Source of the DNA: a virus
Taxonomy: Duplodnaviria > Caudoviricetes
Direction: 5' to 3' (one strand)
DNA length: 64,000 bases
IMG/VR virus record: IMGVR_UViG_3300027917_000018
Location: 128,001 to 192,000 of that record
In this document: positions 63,337 to 64,000 of the stretch, in pieces
How positions within the stretch are numbered: position 1 is the first letter of the stretch
How the letters are laid out: each line of letters opens with the position of its first letter
Translations under genes and position numbers: made by a program
Notes under the pieces: model-generated
Databases searched by the model: none
What the model was told of the DNA's origin: nothing
Seen by the model: only the letters and a program-made list of their open reading frames with translations

Positions 63337-64000
63337 TGTAGCGGTCGATCAGGCTTTTCCAAGTCGGCGAGTAGACCTGGTCGACCACGCGAGGCTCGCC
63401 CTCCAGGGCAAAACCACAATGATCGCAGTGTGAATAGAGCGTTTTGAGCCGCTCAGCCGTTATGTCTTGGACGTGCTTGACTGGGGCGTCGTAGCCGAAC
63501 ACGCGGGCCGCCGCTGCCGCCGGGGCGCAAGGCCAAAAACCTTGTTTATTGAGTGCGATGCCGCAGTCCTGGGCGATGTAGCAGCCGGATGGTGCGGGCA
63601 CCCCGAGGTCCTTCGGGCTCTTGTTTACGGGCACGTAGGGGAGCGGCACGAGCTTTCCCTTGTCGTCGGGAGCGGCGTTGGTGCCGATTTTGACCGAAAC
63701 CAAGTCGGTAAAACCATGCTCCATTGCGAACCTGACCAGCTCCGGTGAGCGCCCGTTGGAGACCACCGACAGCCGCGTGCCGGGGCTGCTGGCGTTTCTC
63801 CAGGCGGCCAGCGCCGTGACGATTTCCTTGTACTGCGGGTGCAAAGTCGGCTCGCCGCCGTGGAGCTTGACCCACGACCACCGGTAGTTGGCCTGGACAG
63901 TTTCGTGGATGAACCTGGTGATGTCGTCCAGATTCATGTCCTCGGTCTTTCGGTCTTTGGGAGGGGCTTGCGGGCTTAGAGCGCAGCAGTTTGCGCAGGC
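63326..64000 (-). CDS. Radical SAM protein (5' truncated by window edge)
   Basis: Frame open to 64000: ACANCC (part of CxxxCxxC), VKLHGGEPTLHP, VVSNG, C-terminal Cys cluster. Confidence 0.8.
   Translation of the reverse strand, partial: ACANCCALSPQAPPKDRKTEDMNLDDITRFIHETVQANYRWSWVKLHGGEPTLHPQYKEIVTALAAWRNASSPGTRLSVVSNGRSPELVRFAMEHGFTDLVSVKIGTNAAPDDKGKLVPLPYVPVNKSPKDLGVPAPSGCYIAQDCGIALNKQGFWPCAPAAAAARVFGYDAPVKHVQDITAERLKTLYSHCDHCGFALEGEPRVVDQVYSPTWKSLIDRYNED

Noticed and set aside
371-63887. Many long antisense or alternate-frame ORFs in the track (e.g. 6571-7620, 24028-24948, 44843-45790, 49592-50581, 55129-56301)
   Set aside because: Shadow ORFs expected in high-GC DNA; they overlap better-supported genes and have no recognisable motifs.
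1-64000. Genome-wide stop-codon reassignment (TAA or TAG as sense)
   Set aside because: The standard code already gives dense, tightly coupled ORFs. Recognisable genes end at TAA/TAG at sensible C-termini (terL TAA 29314-29316, resolvase TAA 43280-43282). In-frame TAA interruption was found only in pth2.
1-64000. CRISPR array, diversity-generating retroelement, integrase or IS element
   Set aside because: No regularly spaced DNA repeats, reverse transcriptase, TR/VR pair, recombinase or transposase motifs seen; the repeats found are protein-level.

Overview
A 64-kb, GC-rich (~60% by eye) segment of a large contractile-tailed (myovirus-like, probably jumbo) phage genome. It encodes a large terminase, baseplate wedge proteins, tail-fibre/spike-like proteins, a RuvC-like resolvase, a DinG-like helicase, a MazG-like pyrophosphatase, a sigma54-type AAA+ activator and a glycan-modification cluster. 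Thr-Asn-rich and FN3 secreted proteins hint at a Verrucomicrobiota-like host (inference). Two features stand out. (1) A minus-strand cassette at 39.4-40.4 kb: an intact tRNA with anticodon UUA (ochre suppressor) sits directly upstream of a Pth2 peptidyl-tRNA hydrolase gene. That gene's SD-supported start (GTG 39815) is separated from the catalytic domain by two in-frame TAA codons in the identical context TTC-ACG-TAA, suggesting suppressor-gated expression in a phage that otherwise uses the standard code. (2) About 17 otherwise unrelated ORFs share an N-terminal or internal tag (MSRARxILE-AE[ST]PRxxL[KR]), which looks like a capsid-targeting/prohead-protease processing signal for modular virion-delivered cargo. 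Also seen: two phage-specific promoter-like motifs abutting start codons, and strong over-representation of GTTTAC. All family assignments come from motif recognition by eye; no database search was run.
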